Source of the DNA: Candidatus Nomurabacteria bacterium
Lineage (GTDB): Bacteria > Patescibacteriota > Minisyncoccia > Phycocordibacterales > UBA10002
Length of the DNA stretch: 64,000 nucleotides
NCBI GenBank assembly: GCA_943354745.1
Contig: CALRDB010000001.1
Location: forward strand, 203-64,202
Reading direction: 5' to 3'
In this document: piece after piece, positions 63,142 to 64,000 of the stretch
How positions within the stretch are numbered: the first letter of the stretch is position 1
How the letters are laid out: each line of letters starts with the position of its first letter
Program-made: the position numbers and the translations under genes
The notes under the pieces: generated by a model
Databases searched by the model: none
What the model was told of the DNA's origin: nothing
Seen by the model: only the letters and a program-made list of their open reading frames with translations

Positions 63142-64000
63142 ATGATCGTTGCAATTATTCAATCTAGAATGGGCTCGACACGCCTTCCCGGTAAGATGCT
63201 TAGAAAAATCGGAGATAAAACGCTACTCGAGCATGTAGTGCTCCGTGCGACGCATGCCAAGACAATTTCCTCTGTGGTGATTGCTACCACTGATCAGCCA
63301 GAGGATGATGTGCTTGCGAGTATCGCCAAGAAGCTCGGTGTAGTGTGCTTTCGAGGTTCAGAGCATGATGTCCTCGACAGATATTATAAAGCAGCCAAAC
63401 AGTACAGAGCGGATACCGTTGTCCGTCTTACTGGTGATTGTCCGTTCATTGATCCGGAAATCATAGACCGAGTGGTTAATGCATACCTAAAGAGTAAAAA
63501 GAAAGTGGACTATGTGAGTAATGTTCATCCTCCCACATTTCCCGATGGAATGGATGTGGAAGTATTTTCTTTTTCCGCGTTGGAGCGCGCGTGGAAAGAA
63601 GCAAAGCTCCCCTCTGAGCGCGAACACGTTACCCCGTTTTTCTACGGCCACGGACTCTTTCGTGTGAAAAATGTACGTGACCCCAACGATAACTCTGGTA
63701 TTCGTCTTACGGTTGATACGCATGAAGATTTTCGGTTGGTAAGAAAGATATATGCTGAACTTTTTACGAGCAATAGGTCTTTCGACCTCAAAGATATTCT
63801 AGCGCTGCTTAAACAACGACCGGAATTGGCACTCATTAACGGTCATCTCTTGAGGAATGAGGGATACGTGAAATCGATTCGAAAAGACAGTACAGAGGTT
63901 TACCTCGTATTGGGGGGTACTGCAAGGAAGGGGGGAGACCGTTGGTGTACGACATTGTTTGAGCATAAAGGAGATCTCGGTGATCGGCTGCGGGTCACTG
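63142..64000 (+). CDS. Cytidylyltransferase, CTP_transf_3 family (FlmC/SpsF/PseF-like CMP-sugar synthetase), 3'-partial
   Basis: It has IVAIIQSRMGSTRLPGKML and TGDCPFIDPEIID motifs, and the frame is open to the window edge. It was absent from the supplied ORF track, presumably because no stop codon falls inside the window. Confidence 0.7.
   Translation, partial: MIVAIIQSRMGSTRLPGKMLRKIGDKTLLEHVVLRATHAKTISSVVIATTDQPEDDVLASIAKKLGVVCFRGSEHDVLDRYYKAAKQYRADTVVRLTGDCPFIDPEIIDRVVNAYLKSKKKVDYVSNVHPPTFPDGMDVEVFSFSALERAWKEAKLPSEREHVTPFFYGHGLFRVKNVRDPNDNSGIRLTVDTHEDFRLVRKIYAELFTSNRSFDLKDILALLKQRPELALINGHLLRNEGYVKSIRKDSTEVYLVLGGTARKGGDRWCTTLFEHKGDLGDRLRVT

Noticed and set aside
1-64000. CRISPR arrays, tRNA and rRNA genes.
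   Set aside because: I found no regularly spaced direct repeats with unique spacers, no cloverleaf-compatible tRNA-like segment, and no rRNA-like conserved blocks while reading the window.

Overview
This 64 kb window is a gene-dense block of about 58 protein-coding genes, nearly all on the + strand and many overlapping by 4-17 bp, and almost entirely devoted to nucleotide-sugar biosynthesis and glycosylation. I found no rRNA, tRNA or CRISPR array. The recognisable modules are: (i) at least nine GT4/GT2/GT47-like glycosyltransferases and about ten SAM methyltransferases, including a TylCIII-type sugar C-methyltransferase and an FkbM-type enzyme; (ii) a polyprenol-phosphate-sugar system with a GtrA-like protein, GtrB-like GT2 synthases, two GT-C (PMT/ArnT-like) membrane transferases and a DUF218 protein; (iii) a complete GDP-D-glycero-D-manno-heptose route (transaldolase -> GmhA -> GHMP kinase -> GmhB -> HddC-like guanylyltransferase) followed by a GMD-like 4,6-dehydratase, a cupin and reductases, suggesting a 6-deoxyheptose; (iv) uronic-acid chemistry (two UDP-sugar dehydrogenases, one apparently truncated; a UXS-like decarboxylase; an AsnB-like amidotransferase); (v) a legionaminic-acid-type nonulosonic acid module (PseB/PglF-family dehydratase, DegT aminotransferase, sugar N-formyltransferase, hexapeptide acetyltransferase, NeuC, NeuB, CMP-sugar synthetase) fused to a WbuX/HisH/HisF-like acetamidino-forming trio and an ABC exporter; (vi) the start of a second, pseudaminic-type module (PseB, PseC, FlmC/SpsF-like cytidylyltransferase) with an unusual oxidoreductase + class-III aminotransferase pair and a small GIY-YIG protein. 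Two paralogous large GT-B proteins carrying a KpsC/KpsS/sialyltransferase-like 'HP' motif flank the nonulosonic module and are my best candidates for the uncharacterised nonulosonate transferases. Two mobile elements are present: an IS200/IS605 tnpA-only element in the heptose cluster, and a 592-bp MITE-like element with 25-bp perfect terminal inverted repeats and an 8-bp target duplication that clips the 3' end of a GT4 gene. Housekeeping genes are proB (short form), a CsaA-like tRNA-binding protein and a transaldolase. The first gene is a 5'-partial PKD-domain surface protein with a Pro/Ser-rich stalk and C-terminal membrane anchor, a plausible glycosylation target. Non-coding signals include recurring intergenic motifs (a TGTTATA extended -10-like box after T-tracts; TTAGGAAT repeats; a CACGGAAC/GTTCCGTG half-site cluster; a 19-bp TTCGTAT inverted pair), several intrinsic terminators and long palindromes. 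Ribosome-binding sites are weak or absent; I cannot assign the host lineage from sequence alone.
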